Made by a program: the position numbers and the translations under genes. A DNA stretch of 64,000 nucleotides. Origin: Intoshia linei. Its lineage: Eukaryota > Animalia > Orthonectida. Where the stretch lies: positions 3,285-67,284 of the forward strand of contig LWCA01000048.1 of NCBI GenBank assembly GCA_001642005.1, given 5' to 3'. A model generated the notes under the pieces. It was given only the letters and a program-made list of their open reading frames with translations. It ran no database searches and was not told where the DNA came from. Shown piece after piece: positions 38,001-51,178 of the stretch; position 1 is the first letter of the stretch; each line of letters begins with the position of its first letter.

Positions 38001-39634
38001 ACATTTGAGAGATAAAATATAATCATAAACTAATTTTGGATGATTACAAACTTTTCGAAGTTGCATAATGAGAGAAAGTTGTTTCGCTGAAACTTTGCTA
38101 CTATTTAAATCAACATTAGAATAGTTAATGAGACCTTCATAAACAGATTTTTGAATATCAGTCATTTCACAGCAAACGACCATTTCAACCTTTACAGGTA
38201 AATATTGAGTTAACAAAGCTTGAGTGCGTCGAATCATGCATTTTTCAACGATTCCAATTAACTCTCGCCTCCTTTCTTCTCCCTTAATTTTTTCTTTTTC
38301 CGAAGCTTCCCTTTCGCGACCTCTCTGTATTGGAATTTCGTATTTCTTCTTAAATTCACTAGATTCACCTAATATACCAGTATTTACAAAGTTAATTAGT
38401 GAAAAATATTCCAATAAATCGTTTTGAACTGGTGTAGCGGAAAGTAAAATTTTTTGTCTAACTCTCAGTGATGTTAATGATTTATACGTCAAATTTTCTT
38501 TATTTTTTAATCTGTGTCCTTCATCACAAATCATTAAATCAAGTTCAATGTTTTTTAAAACTGCAATGTGAGATCGTAAAGTTTCGTATGATATTATTAA
38601 CACAGGGTATGAAGTCCTAGAGGTAAATCTTTGATTAGTAAACTTTTTTAGATTGTTGTCTACTTTGGTTTTATTTCCAGCGTCCACGTCAATCGTTCCG
38701 ATTAATCCAGGCAACCATTTAGTAAATTCATTGCTCCAGTTTTTGATTAAACTGCTTGGGCAAATTATTAGGCACAATTTTATATATGGACCCGTGTCTG
38801 GGCTTTGGCGCAGTAAGGTCCAAATTAATGTGATACATTGTAATGTTTTTCCCAGTCCCATTTCATCTGCCATAATACAACCAAAATTATTTTCTATTTT
38901 TGAACCGGTAACGCAATCATACATAAATTTCACCCCCTAAATTAAATTTATTTAGTTTAACGCATCATTTATTTACACATTAATAAATCACATTTTAATT
39001 AATATTAAAATGTAAGTAGATTGAAATAAATCATTCAAATTAATAAAACAACATAAATTTTCCAAATGTTAAAATTCTGATATATTAAGGTTAATGCAGT
39101 AATAGTTTATTGAGCGTGAAAAAATTAATATTATAAATATAAATTTACTTCTCTCTGGTGTGGACGTAGGTATTTAGTGAGTCGAGGGTCGCACACGACA
39201 TGAACCTTTATTTTATCTCTAAAATAAATTGAGTTTACTCAATTTTACAGTTGATAAAAATTACTTTGAGGTAATAAGTTTTTCGTGTTCAGACATTTCG
39301 ATTGGTTTGTACAATATTAAAGCGTTTTCGACTGTCGGATCGTATAATGGCTTTTTAATAATTGAACCACACGTTCCTAATCTTCGTTGAAATAATGAGC
39401 CTAATTACAAATTTAGTTTTTAATTTTTCAGGTACACCTCGGTATCCTGGAATTGGAACTTTGTACTTTTTTAACAATGGGTCAGAATCATTTCCAATCT
39501 AATGTAAAAATATTGATAAATTAATTAGATGTTATATACTTCTCGTAATCTTTTGATCGGGTTGTCCAACTTTGTGGGCGCATTCGATCTTCTCTATAAA
39601 ATTATTTCTATATTTACATAGCCATTATTACCAT
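35043..39634 (-). CDS. RAD54L: DNA repair and recombination protein RAD54 (SNF2 ATPase), multi-exon
   Basis: ATG|intron|RRSNAPTKL; [10 protein letters not shown]; [17 protein letters not shown]; [18 protein letters not shown]; [10 protein letters not shown]; DEGHRLKN; [12 protein letters not shown]; IRLDGTM; [36 protein letters not shown]; [10 protein letters not shown]; SFVFEQVSH. Confidence 0.95.
37264..37453 (+). repeat. Direct duplication of ~68 bp in a RAD54 intron
   Basis: TTAGAATCAGAAATACAGCCA...AAACGGTAATT.ATTTCATCATA occurs at 37264 and again at 37386. Confidence 0.8.
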
Positions 39635-41392
39635 ATTAAAAATTCATTTTCAAATATTTTAGATTCATAAAATTCATTCTTTTACGTTAAAAGCTAAAGT
39701 TAAAATTAAATCTAGCGCCAATGTGTGTACTTGTTACTCTGGTAATTTTCAAAATCATAAAAAAATGCTCGAATAAAGGTGGAAAATAATTTTTTCGAAA
39801 TCAATTTGGTTGATTCATATTGATTTGTATATCGGATACTTTCAAGGTTTAAAATCTAAAATTTAGATTATCTATTAATCACTAATGATTAGTGGTTATT
39901 CACTTTTTCACGCACCTTTATAGCTGATTAGTATCTTGTCACATTATGCCATAAGCCGTATGGTTTAATTTATAAAAATGTTGAGTAATATTACGCTGTA
40001 TCGTAGTTATATGGCGCAAATTGTTATCACTGATTAGATAAGATATATAAGATTCATCTATAAAGTCACGATTTTGGAGAAAGGTAATTTTATTTAAATA
40101 ATGTTGATTTGCGTGGTCAAATTTAAATGTTAGTTAGATAACTATTTACAGGGATTGTATTACTGTATACTGCAGTGTTTATTCACCTTTATACTATGTG
40201 GATCAACATTTACAAACTATTGATCCTCGTAAAAATTTTTATTATTTACTTTAAATGTTAAAAAGAATGGTTTATTAATGAAAATTATTCTTTCAATATG
40301 GTAGATTCATCTCTGGTATCAATATTTACATTTATAATTTAACATTTTGTAAATACAAAAAATTTTATTTATATAATTTTTTCTCTATTTAAACTGAAAG
40401 AATGCTGTCTTAGAATTGTATATTTTTTAACTGATAGAAATTAATATATGTATTTTTTCAGTAATAATTTTCAAAATGTTGGGTAATATAGTAGTAATTT
40501 GAGTTCTTGACTGAACTTCACAATGTGAAAGTACAAATTTCTGAGAATGAAATTTAAGATATAAAACTGTATAACAATTTGCTTTTTAAAAGTTTTACAA
40601 ATGTTAGTTTTTTTAAACCAGGAACCAGTGCCGAACCTACCGTACACCAATACACCTCTTCGGGACCTCGACGAAATTTTTGTATAGTAGGAGCCTCATT
40701 TTATTCATATAAGCATTATTTTAATATTTATTTATTGAAAATTTTATATTCTTGAATATACATTCAGATAAAAATATAATTAGCGTTAAATTATTAATTA
40801 TGATCATAAATATCAATTTAAAATAAAGTTTAGTATAACCCCTGTACAATGTAACTTGTTTTAATGTAGATAGGACATGATTAAATAAGATTAAAATTTA
40901 GTACAAAGTGATTTTAAATTTTTTGAAAATGAAAAAAATCCGAAGGAATCAATTATATAGATTTCCACCCATATTTCTTTTTTTAAAATGTGTAGACCAG
41001 GGGTGCACAACCTTTCCACCAATTTAGCCACAATGCTACTTTTCTCATTGATACTACGGCCGCACAAAATTTACTTCGACATTGAGAAAGTTTACTCTGG
41101 ACCTAAATTTTAAGTCTAATAAACTAATTTTCAATAAATTTTAATATCAGCAAGTTTTAATTAATAATTTTCAATTAAAATTAATCCTTAATTCACTCAT
41201 ATAAATTAATACCACATTGGTCATTTATCTGAATCAGAATAAATAGCAATAGTAGGATTACATTAATTACATCAGTGCTTCTCAAGGGGTGAATGGTCAC
41301 CCCAAGGGCTGAATACGAAAATTTAGATGATTGTAGGCGAATCTACAATTTATCAACATATTTCATTAAATCATCCAATGTAATATAATCTT

Positions 41393-41645
41393 ATAAGAAA
41401 AAACCAAAATTTTACCAACTCTTAAGGAAGAAATCTGTTTTGACCAATATTTTTTTTAAAAATCCATTTTTACCAAAGTTTTAGAATAAAAACTACCCTA
41501 TCTGATTCCAAAAGAAAAAACCATATTTTACCAACCCTTAAGGAAAAAAATCGCTTTTACCAATATTTTTATGAAAAATCCCATTATACCAAATTTTTAG
41601 ATGAATAATTCTTCTAACTGATTCCATAAGAAAAAACCTGATTTA
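41393..41645 (+). repeat. Imperfect ~120-bp tandem repeat (2+ units)
   Basis: AAGAAAAAACC...TTTTACCAA..CTTAAGGAA...TTTTACCAATATTTTT...CTGATTCCA is repeated. Confidence 0.6.
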
Positions 41646-42749
41646 AAAAAAATTTGAAAAATCTCCTTTTACTTATATTTTTTTTAAAAAAACAGTAATC
41701 ATTAATTTTTCGGTAAATAATTAATAATAATTGGACAACAGAAAAAAGTTCTATTAAAAACTAATTTGTTGATACATTAGAGTGGAAGACAAAAAATAGT
41801 TAAATATTAATAATGACTTTTTAAGTATTTTTTTTAAAATTCTAGGGCTGTGTTCATTTTAAAAAAGGAGGGTAATCTGGGGTTTGATGGGTAAAATTAT
41901 CTTTTTTATCTTTTGAGGTTACCATTTATGATAATTCTTATAAATTTAAAATCCATCCCAGAATTTATGTTGTATACAATTCTAGGACTTAATAATTTTT
42001 ACAAAAAGAGATACTTTGAAGTTTTGACCGTAAAGATATAAGATTTTGAAAATGAAAATAATCATAATGTTGATGAATTTAATCTTTATCAGATTTTTAT
42101 TTTTTTTAAATCTAGGACGCATTTGAATTTAAAAAAATCGAAAATTGGGGTTTTTGACCACAAAAGACTCAATTTCTGAAAATGAAAATGTAAGACGTAT
42201 TTGAAAATTACACGAACCCGTTTTAGAAATACTGGTTTAGATAATTTGAACATTTAAATAAAATTTTTTATAAGTGTAAAATAAAAATAACACTTTCCTA
42301 GATTTTCCCGGTAAACAGGGCTGTGGACAGGGGGCTAGCGGGCCTAATATTTTTATTTATTAACTGGTAATGTTGGTTTCTTAAGTATGTCAAAATTATG
42401 ATGACTAATGCGATTTGCAATTGTTATTTTAAATTTTTAGGCAATAAACGGCAATTTAGATCGATGTATTGTAACAACGTATAGACATTTCAATTTAAAA
42501 AAATTATAGAGGTTTACTGCTGGATGTCTACGGCCCTTCCGAGCATATTTTAGATATGATATATCCTTTTTTGTAAAAATGAAATTATACAGTGGAATGT
42601 TTAGTAAAGTTAATATTTAATGTTACAGTAATTTTAAACGTATGTTGACATTTCAATGTTTATTTTAAATTTACTACACCTGTCATTTTCCATGTTCCTA
42701 TTTCTGAACTTTATATAATCTAATGAAATTTTGTAAATTTGTATATTAG

Positions 42750-45700
42750 CAAAAAATACATGGACAGTTCAATATCAAATATTAATAAGAACCTTAAAAA
42801 TGGATATAATCAATTACACTCACTGAAGAGATATAAATCTACTGGAGACATAAGATATCACCATGTACCACAAAACTACAAATGTAAACCATCAAAAAAA
42901 ATAAATAGTGTAGATATGGTATTTGATCTGTATAAAGAATCTACTTGTACATATGGTAATTTATACAATAAATTAACCCAGTTAACGACATCTATATTTT
43001 ATTGATATGTTAATTATAATTATACTTTAAATTTTAAAGTATGAGTGACTATTACTATTTGTCAATTTATAACACTGATCTGTAAAATATAAATTCGCAC
43101 TAAATTTTTAGTCTGAATTCAAGTCTAGAATAACGTTTCAATATTCTCATTGTTACCATTGACACGTGTAACTATGAATTGTGTCTGTACCATAAATTTT
43201 ACCGTTAGAAAAAAAATTCGTTACATTACAAATTTAATTATAAAATGTAAATGCAAAATTAATTATTAATTTTTACATACAATTAGATAACTCTGTGGAT
43301 CTCAACTTTGAAAAATATGAAGTAAATGGTAGTATTCAATTTTCAATATTTTTAGAATATGAGCCTATCTTCCGATTCAACCTACCGAAATTCCGATCAC
43401 AGTTATACAACCAAAGTACAATATACACAATTTGGGTTAGATAAATATGAATTCAATTATGAAGACGAGATAGACGTAGATCAGGATGTAGATTATGAGT
43501 CATCAGAAACCATATTTAACGATTATACCCCAGGAATGTCCGAATACTTGACATCGTTAGACATGTTTAATGAATCCGACTTGAATCTTAGTTTTGATTC
43601 ATTATCTCTAGTATACCTTTTATTTTTAAATTTCAATGTTAATTTTTAATTATTATTAGAACCTTACAAATAAATCTCACACATCAAACCATAATTCAAA
43701 TTCTCTACATTTTGTGCATCTAATTGATAAACTCAACGAAATTCCTGAGGATATCGACAATATCAAAGAAATAAAAAAATCTATACATAATATTGTTGGT
43801 ATTTTTAAAATGAATTTAATGTAGTTTAGGAATCTATTATCAAAAAAATACCCTCAAATTCAGATTCTTATGGTATGTTATTAATACATTTAAATCAGTG
43901 ATTCTCAACGTGGTCCACAGAAAAATTTTGGTGGTCCTCATAGAGCAGTGGTTTTCAACCTTTTTGTGTTCGCGACCCCCTTATAAACATAAAAAATTTT
44001 CTATATACTCCAAACATTTTATCAATTCACATAAATAAAAATGTTAAAAAAGCATGTTCAACTTTATTTATTTTTATATTGTGTTCAAATTCTCACGCCC
44101 CCCTGATAAATTTCGCGACCCCCGCTTGAAAACCACTGTTATAGAGCTTCAATATATTATTTAAAATATATAAATTAAAAATTTTTATTATCGCTATTAA
44201 ACTGTTATATCAGGGTTCCCATATTTTTTTCACGGTGGACCTTTAATAAATTATAAAATTTATCGCGGACCATTAAAGCGAAATTACTAGACAACGCTAA
44301 AAAAATTTATACAAAACGTAATGAATTCACTTCTAATTAGTAAAAATTTTTCACGGACCGGATTGGGAATCGCTGTGCTATATTATACTTTGTGAGAATA
44401 AATTTAATAAATGTTACAATTTGATACTGAGGTAAGTTGAATTTTCATGGATAATGTCGGAATTTTAATTTTATGGGAAGCTGTCATGGCGTTTTTAAAT
44501 TTTAAGGTATAAAGTAAAAATATTCATTTAAAAAAAAAATATTGAAACTATAATTATTTACAAAGTTTAAAAAATATAGATGTAAAGTCAAAAATTTTCT
44601 ATCTTAGAGATATTTTTAGCGTAATTAATAAACTTAGTCAAAATTTTTTAGGAAAAAAATGTGACTTAGAAGTTTTCCATAATTGAATAAATTGAATATA
44701 TTTACTGAATAAATTCTTGTTTTGAAAAAATTTTAGGACATGTTTCATTTTTAAAATAATGGATAATTTGGGGTTTTGACCATGAACGTATGCGTTTCTG
44801 AGGCTGACGTTAATATTTTTAAAAAGCGTCCCAGAATGAATATATTATTAATTTTTTGGTCTGATTTTTTTTAAACAAAAGGGGAAATTGGGTTTTTGAC
44901 TCTGCAGGCTCACATGCTGACACTGAAAAATAGTAAAAACATGTCCTGGAAAAAACTGTATTGAGATTTGGTTTTTAAAATTCTACGACTGTCAATTTTT
45001 CAAATAAACGGTAACACACTGAAACATACGCAGACTCATACATTCAATTGTATATAAGTAAAGAATTGACATTAAAGTACAGTATTCTCTCTATAAATCG
45101 CCATTCTTGGGATTTGGAAAAAGTTGGAGAGATAGAGAATTTAAAATTATAGAAACAGCAGATAATCCTTTAAATAAAAGGTTAAATTGCAATCAAATGT
45201 AAATTATTATACAAATTGTAAAATTCAATACAAAATAACTTAACTTATTTTGAAAAATGGTTTTAAAACTTTTAGTTTATATTTTAAATTGATGGCGAGT
45301 TAGAGAATATGTGAGTTGTGGAGAGAATACTATATAATCGTTAATATAAAATTTCTTCCGCTAATCAGAATTTGGAAAAAGTTGGTTTATGGTGGTCCAT
45401 AGAAATTTTTAGAATAAAATATGGTCCACAGCGAAAAAAATGTTGAGAAACACTGATGTAAACATTGTATGAGTGGATCGTGTGTAGGAATTTTTAGTAT
45501 CCTCCATATTTTCTTAAATTTAATTGATCAGTTTTTGGGTTGGTTATATTACTTGTGGAAGTTGTAGGAAAACTTAGTATTAAATAAATTCTTAAGAACC
45601 CCACAAGTTTCAAATTTATCTAAAATTATTAGATATTTTTCATGAATAATAGAGCGTTAATAATTGCAAATATTATTATAGATAATTTGGAAATAATGGA

Positions 45701-46213
45701 AAAAGCTGTACTAAAAAAAAAGAAATGTACAATTATTTACAACTTTATTAAGGATTATGTTGAAATAGATTCTTATCTCAATTTGGCACTTAGTTGTCAT
45801 GATTCAGGTGTATTTACAGACGACGAATCCAATGACTCCAAAATTTCAAGCGTACTTAAATGTTTATTAATATTGACGTTTTATTTTAGAAAAAATTAGA
45901 TGAGATCCGAGATAAAATGTTGGTTTTGTTGTCTATAAGTGAAAACGCAAAAAATGTTGGAATTAATATTAGTAATTGGAATGAAAAAATTACTGATTTG
46001 TATTTAAAAATAAACGATCTAGACACAAAGTAATTGTACAATTTACATTCATCTTTTTTATTTATTTTTAGAACCAAAAAACCAATATCTGAAACGTATT
46101 GTAAAAAAAAAATAATGTTCTCATTAATTCCGCTAATTATTATTCTTAGCGCATTATTTTGGCAGTTATTTGTATATATTGAGATTGCCGATGAATGTTG
46201 TGATATAATATAA
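42750..46213 (+). CDS. Orphan tail-anchored membrane protein with a KASH-like C-terminus (5' end uncertain)
   Basis: Phase-consistent exons ~42750-42955, 43288-43321, 43356-43610, 43660-43794, 43830-43872, 45682-45851, 45890-46029, 46072-46213. Acidic/serine-rich region, helical segment (KKLDEIRDKMLVLL...NWNEKITDLYLKI), TM IMFSLIPLIIILSALFWQLFVYI, tail EIADECCDII*. Confidence 0.6.
43896..45455. mobile_element. hAT-like MITE containing four nested insertions
   Basis: Outer TIR CAGTGATTCTCAAC / GTTGAGAAACACTG, flanks ATTTAAAT/ATGTAAAC. Inner hAT 43946-44138 (TCATAGAG/TTATAGAG), inner hAT 44211-44375 (TGTTATAT/TGCTATAT), minus-strand Helitron piece ~44600-45062, pogo MITE 45080-45332. Confidence 0.75.
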
Positions 46214-46900
46214 TTAAAAATAATCCATTATATGTATTATAGTAACTATTTATTTTTGCTCTCATTTCATTTTATCGAAAATTAACATTGTTCATCACTT
46301 AATTTAGATGGACGAGTTGAGTTTTAATTGGTGATTCCTAAATTTTTAACAATGCCGATTCGATTCTTAAATAAAAACAATTCCGATTTCAAATACTTTT
46401 TAATCATACTATTTGTAGTTTTATTTGTTATTATTATTATTAGAAAAATAACCAAGAATAAACGAATTTATAGAATTAAGAAATATAATAAAAATTTTTA
46501 AAATTAATTAATATTAAATATTATGTCAGAACATAATGTTAAAATATTACCTTTCCACCATTAGTACCAAACATTCTATTTCGTTTTGAAGAACAAATTA
46601 AACCGCCAACCCTGAAAATTATTAAAACTTCAATTGAAAGCGAAGAAAACTATTTTCCAAGTAAACCAATATTCGGAAATTTAATTGATTCATATTTAAT
46701 TCATTGTAATTTAAAACAATTACTGTTTTTTGCAACTAATTTTTATTTTTTTAAAAAAATTGTAAAGAATCGTCGCTTCACTAGTTTTAATACACATTTG
46801 GACCAGTGTTGTCAGTTGTTCCTTTTTTTACGCATTGCTAATATCAAAAAGAGAAGATTTCTAATCATAAAAAATTCATGTTGCATATTGAATGCATATA

Positions 46901-47646
46901 CAGTATTCTCTCTATAACTCGCCATTCTTGGGATTTCGAAAAAGTTGGCGAGATTGAAAAAATAAAACTATAGAAACAATACGATAAAATTAAAGATCTT
47001 AATCAATAAATACAAATAAATGAATAATAATTTATTACTATGATACTTTTTTGAAGTAGTTACGTATTCTCTATTAGAAGTTATATGATCATTTAGAGAT
47101 TGTATTAATTGAATATCAATTATATTCCATTCCTCCTTCTCATACAAAAATTTTTCTACAATTTGGAGTGAATGTTTAAATTCATTTGGAGTTTTTTAAT
47201 AACCGATGTATCGATAATAATCTTATAATTTTCAAATTGTTCGTCTAAACCAGAGTCTATGTTTACCGTAGAACATTCACTCATTATTTCATCGTTTTCA
47301 GTCATTGTATATAAATTTTTCTTCCGTGATGTGGTCATGAATATTTAACGACTTTACATAACATTTGTAATCAGGTATTTTTTCATAATTTACATGCCCA
47401 TTCTGATTATGTAAATGTTTAAAACAATTCAAAATTGTTGATTACGTTACTTTATTCCAGGATAGATCAGCAAATATAATGGTATCTCTTAAGGTTAATT
47501 TTTTATAAGCATCATATACAGATTCCCCTTTTTCAACCTTATTCAAAATAAATGATAATTTGGAATTAAAATATTTTTTTAAACTTTTAATTTTATTTAA
47601 AATTTATGGCGAAATAGTAAATTGGCGAGTTATAGAGAGAATACTG
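46901..47646 (-). mobile_element. pogo/Tigger-like element, internally deleted, with a transposase C-terminal relic
   Basis: TA|CAGTATTCTCTCTATAACTCGCCA ... TGGCGAGTTATAGAGAGAATACTG|TA. Minus-strand relic KKLTLRDTIIFADLSWNKVT*STILNCFKHL matches the pogo DDE_1 end (W..VT..TI.NCF). A shorter MITE with the same TIR is at 45080-45332. Confidence 0.8.
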
Positions 47647-47911
47647 TATATAATTGAGTTTTTTTAATTTAGAGTAACGCACACACATTCAATTTTATAT
47701 AAGTAAATGATTAAACCATTTTACTACATGTATTAATACCCGTAAATCCGTCTCCTAGTTTTCTTGTTCGATTTGATACCACCTCGTGACTAATTTATGC
47801 GTTATTTAGACTAAATTTTAGTAACATGTCGTTATTACACCGCAATTATAAATTAAATTTTAATATGAATGCATATAAATAAACATTACTATAGTAAATG
47901 CGTATAAATAC

Positions 47912-50539
47912 ATGGAAGATTTATTAAAAATTGTGAATGAAAAAACGAAAGAATTGAAAAAAATTAAAAAATCAGTAAATATAAATGTATATTACTTTAA
48001 AAAATATATAAGGAATACGGTGCCAAGACAGTTAGATTATCAAATCTTAAGGTAGAAAAATAAACCAACAAATGTAAACTGGTTAATTTTTATAGAGAAA
48101 GGCAGAAGAAAATGAAATAAAAGAAAAATCCCACGGAAAGTACGATAATTATAAAAAAGATAAAAATTCGACTGATCAAATAATTGGCAAAGTACCTGGA
48201 CCCAGAGAAGTAATAAATTGATTGATAAATTTAATTGGTTAGTTATATTTACGACTTCGTGAAAGGGATGAACCTATAATTTTATTTGGAGAAACAAGTC
48301 GAGAAAGTTATCAGAGATTGTTAAATTTGGAAAGTAAAAATAGCGATAATATTGGTGTAATTTATTTATAAATTTTTTATAAAAATTTGTAGGGTTATTC
48401 AAATGACATGAGAAAGGCTATGCAACAGGTAAGTGAACAAAATATGCAAACGTTATTGGGTACTAAACCAGATGACTCGTTCAATGAAAGTATTTCTGTT
48501 GATAAAGTAACAAAAAATCAATTTCTCATTGAGGCTGAATCTGTAAAAATATCAGATATCCAGGTAATTTTAATTTATCAAACTAAAATTTTGAGTAAAT
48601 TATAATATTGTACATTTAGAAAATCATATCTTCTCCTAATATAAATAAGGTGAAGCGCAATGAGGCAATTTATCTATTTTGTTTAGTAATTATTTCAAAG
48701 TTATGGTTTATCAATGATAAATTATCATAGTCTGATATCTACTATTGTAGGGAATATCTAGGTCCAAATTACATGAGATGTTTATAAATAACCTTTAAAA
48801 AAACTGCATATACCAAAAAATTAATTTAAAACTTTATAACTCTTCCGCACATACCCAACGGTCGTCAATTAAAATATATTTCGTATACGCGTATCCATTT
48901 CAGGGCTCTAATTATAATTCTTATTTCTTTTATTTTATTATATTTGTAGTATATTATAAAATTATGGGACCAAAGTCTTATCAAACAAGAAAATTTAAAA
49001 CAAGACACATTTACTGAAGAAAAAGATGTTCGAATCAATAGGATTTTATTTAGACAAACATTTACATATATTGAACCGTTGCTCAGAATGCTTAAAAATA
49101 GAGTTTGCATTTTGGGAATAATAAAATCATGATTTATTTCAGTGTACTGTGATACATGGCTGTTTGAGCCACCCAGGATCTTGGAGAGTTATGAGTAGGC
49201 CCTATAAAAAATTTTTAAGAAATGGGACATCTATACATTGCTAAATCGGTCGTTCATTATTTAAAAATTAAAAATAATCGTTGGAAATTGCATAGAACAT
49301 TTTATTATACGATAATTTTGATATACTGAAAAAATTAAAAAAGTGAGCTCTTCAATGAGGAGTCCTTATGATTGTAGGACCGGGCCATATGACCCCTAGG
49401 CACTCTCCACGACCCTGGAGCTATCCTAGTACAATTTATATTGTGAATGGATATATTCGATAAAATTGATGATTTAATAAATTGTTTTTGACAGTTATTA
49501 TTCAATAATCACTGATGTAAATTTAATTTTTGTACTTTAATGCTCGAAGTAAAATAGTTTAAATACTTTTTAAGGTGTTCTGTGGATTTAAAAACCTTCA
49601 TGAGCAATTTATCGACCAGTGGTTACGACTAAACCACTGATTTAATTGATTGATTGAAAAATAAAAATATATCCAATTTTTAGAACACACCAACTGATAT
49701 ATGCGAATCTTTATTTGAGATTATTTTTAATTGCGTAAATAGAGACTATATTAAGGTGATTTTTTAAATTTATATCCAACGTCAATGTGAGCGTTACTAA
49801 ATTATTTGTGAATCGACAAACAAGCAGTGAATAGATCTGATTTAGTCCAGGAAATACGATATTTAGCATTTTGACCCTATTATCCCCATGTATATTTTAC
49901 AGATAGACTCATTGATGATGTTTGATTTGAACGGGCGGTATCGTCGAAAATTTAAACCAATGGTTCCCGATTCAAATAGTGTACAGATCACATTTTAAAA
50001 TATTTATGAAAAAATTAAAGGTTTTTTCTTAACCCGATTTGGTGAAATCGTGTTTTTACTAAAAATATTGGAAAAAGGAGATTTTCCCCTTAAAGGTTGG
50101 TAAAATGGTATTTTTATTTTCTGGTTCGATTAAGTGGAATTTTTGTCAATTATTTGTTGAAAAGTTTTATATTGCTGGTACCGGTGCCAGCAAAATGTTA
50201 CTGTTACCAGCATTTGTTAAATTGTTATCCAGCTCGTATAAATTAATTTTATATAAGGCTTACGATTCATACGTTCAAATGGCAATCGGTAATGCTCCGT
50301 GGCCTATTGGAGTCACTATGGTTGGCATACACGCTAGAAAAGGCAGAGAAAAAATTAATGCCAGAAATGTGGCTCACGTGTTGAACAATGAACAACAAAG
50401 AAAATACATTCAAGTATAGTCAATTATTAAATGTTAGCTATACCTTTTTTAGGCTCTTAAAAGATTAATGACAAAATGTCAACATTTTATGCCAACCGAT
50501 CCCTCCAAAAGCAATGAATATCATTCAACTGTACAATAA
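47912..50539 (+). CDS. PRPF18: Pre-mRNA splicing factor 18, multi-exon
   Basis: MEDLLKIV...; [26 protein letters not shown] (PRP4-like motif); [10 protein letters not shown]; [15 protein letters not shown]; [26 protein letters not shown]...[13 protein letters not shown]|[20 protein letters not shown]. Confidence 0.93.
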
Positions 50540-51178
50540 ATGTAAATATATTTATTAATTAATAAACTTCTAAATTATTAAAATTTGGAATTTTATTTTG
50601 TAAATCTGTCATTTTCAACACACGTGTTAAAAATGGAGGAGCCACATAAAATATAAATCTAGGGTGTATAATAATTTTTGGAAAGGAAAAATTAAAAAAA
50701 ATTTCTGTATTCAGTACAATCTGTTTATAATAAGAGCCGCGGATAAAATCAAATATCAAACGGACGTGTCAAAAGGTTGATAACCATTGACGTATAAATA
50801 ATTTCAGCAAAAATTGAGTAAATTAATTAAATAGTCAATACATTTGTAGTATTTGATAATTCATTTTTATTTTCAAATACGAAGAGTCGATCGTTTCATC
50901 TGAATAAAAATGGACTGTTTTGAATTGGAAAGTCGTATCGAATATACCATAGCTTTCTTAATATGGGCGTCGAATATTTAATTTATCTCAGTAAGCCGCC
51001 TTCTCATAATCTTAAATTAAGGAATAATTATAAAAATAATATCTTGGTATAATTTAGTAGTAATAAAAATTTTAAATTTTAATTTTGCTTAACATAAAGA
51101 TAAAACGATATTAATTAAATAAATAGCCCTACACCTATGTATGTATTAAATATATTATTTACAAGTGTTTAATGATAA

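Noticed and set aside
39970-42520. Possible 5' exons of the KASH-like gene
   Set aside because: Splice sites exist (40153-40228, 42441-42465), but I could not link them to a start codon; excluded from the CDS.
47156-47338. 60-aa ORF
   Set aside because: Lies inside the decayed pogo element.
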